DNA of 64,000 nt from Octopus bimaculoides (taxonomy: Eukaryota). Shown piece by piece: positions 63,014 through 64,000 of the stretch. The stretch spans positions 144,490,551-144,554,550 of the forward strand of contig NC_068981.1 in the NCBI RefSeq assembly GCF_001194135.2, read 5' to 3'. Each line of letters opens with the position of its first letter. The stretch's first letter is position 1. The notes beneath the pieces were generated by a model. It was given only the letters and a program-made list of their open reading frames with translations, was not told where the DNA came from and did no database searches. The position numbers and the translations under genes were made by a program.

Positions 63014-63922
63014 TATCCCGAACGGGTAATGCCTCTCGATAGCACTGCCAGGCCAAGTATCTCTGGTGATTGTCCATAGGTCACGGCCCGAAAATCGTCC
63101 TGAACAGGCGGGTCAGGTGTTCCTTGTCGACACTCAGATTCTGTCTAATAGCATCGTCGCACCACCCTTCCACTAATCTTCTATAGAACGCCTTTGAGGA
63201 AGTGAAGTCGCACAAGTTTGGTCCCGGACGGCAGAGTTGCTTGAGAGCAAGGCGGCACTCACGGTGCCATTCGCCTAGCCTCGGTCTCTGATCCACGACT
63301 GCAGTTCCGTCAAAAAGACGAGCTGGAGGAAAGCGCGCCGCACAAACGGCGACCACACCTGTTCACCGTAGTCTATAAAGCGCTGGAGGTGTCGGAGACT
63401 CAGCGCATGTCTCCGCATTATCAACCACAGCATGCCTAACCCTCTATTTAGCGGGTGTTGACAGCAAATGGATCTCTTAACCATTGGAACACTTCTCTTC
63501 CACAACAAGCGGAATAGTATGCGTTCCAGTTTGGTGATGGTAGGGTCGGGACAAGACACGACGCTCAGACAGTAATCGATAACGGATGCGATGTACGCGT
63601 TCGCCACTTCCGCTCGACCTTTTAGAGATAGCTTCCTCGTAGGGCAGACCATCCAAGCATTGCGACTTGTCTCCTGCGCACCCTGCCATCGCATTCCATA
63701 CGTCCGCGGCTGTGATGGGTCTTTCACAACACTCCGCCTCTCTTGCCTAGAGTCGGGGCAGGCTATGCAGGTAGGCACTAAAGTCCACTCTGCGTTCTGA
63801 CCCACCAGTTGTCCCCAACAGTCGGGCAAAGTGTTGTTGAAAGGCTTCACACATCCTTTCAGGCTCGAGCAACTCGCGCCCCTGTTCATCTGTCAGAGAC
63901 CTAATGGTGGCTTTGTTGCCTC
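63014..63922 (-). mobile_element. Tx1/L1-clade LINE fragment lacking the RT catalytic core
   Basis: IRSLTDEQG..LEPERMCEAF, PITAADVWNAM, KSQCLDGLPYE, then directly RKLSLKGRAEVANAYIAS..LERILFRLLWK..HPLNRGLGM, and later LAWQCYREALPVRD. Confidence 0.85.

Positions 63923-64000
<78 letters not shown>
63923..64000. repeat. (AGAT)n microsatellite
   Basis: Directly visible; runs off the window end. Confidence 0.98.

Overview
AT-rich eukaryotic non-genic DNA, intergenic or deep intronic. It is very probably from an octopus/coleoid draft assembly; this is inferred from two recurrent tRNA-derived SINE families, dense TA/CA/TACA/GATA/TAA microsatellites and 12 N-gaps, most adjoining microsatellites. I could not recognise any intact host gene, rRNA, tRNA gene or CRISPR array. 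Most called ORFs are microsatellite or N-gap artefacts, or antisense shadows of decayed transposons. Supported features: (1) two decayed Penelope-like element (PLE) RT copies with GLYRDD catalytic motifs (1-1800 and 11.9-12.8 kb) and a Neptune-type GIY-YIG 3' fragment (57.7-58.5 kb); (2) four R4/Dong-like RLE LINE fragments, three ending in (TAA)n or (TACA)n; (3) a Tx1/L1-like LINE lacking its RT core; (4) three Tc1/mariner relics, one of DD37D/maT spacing, and a pogo/Tigger relic; (5) many SINE copies. The best candidate for something new is 22.26-23.30 kb. It is a non-coding ~515-bp unit in head-to-tail plus inverted arrangement inside a (TA)n tract. It carries type I hammerhead ribozyme cores with a 43-nt stem II region, conserved hairpins and a perfect TTTGGCGCGCCAAA palindrome, and resembles a PLE pseudo-LTR or retrozyme. 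Second is a PLE whose GIY-YIG region runs into at least 270 stop-free codons of N/S/T/Q/A-rich sequence. All family assignments are by eye from motif recognition; no database searches were run, and element boundaries are approximate unless stated.
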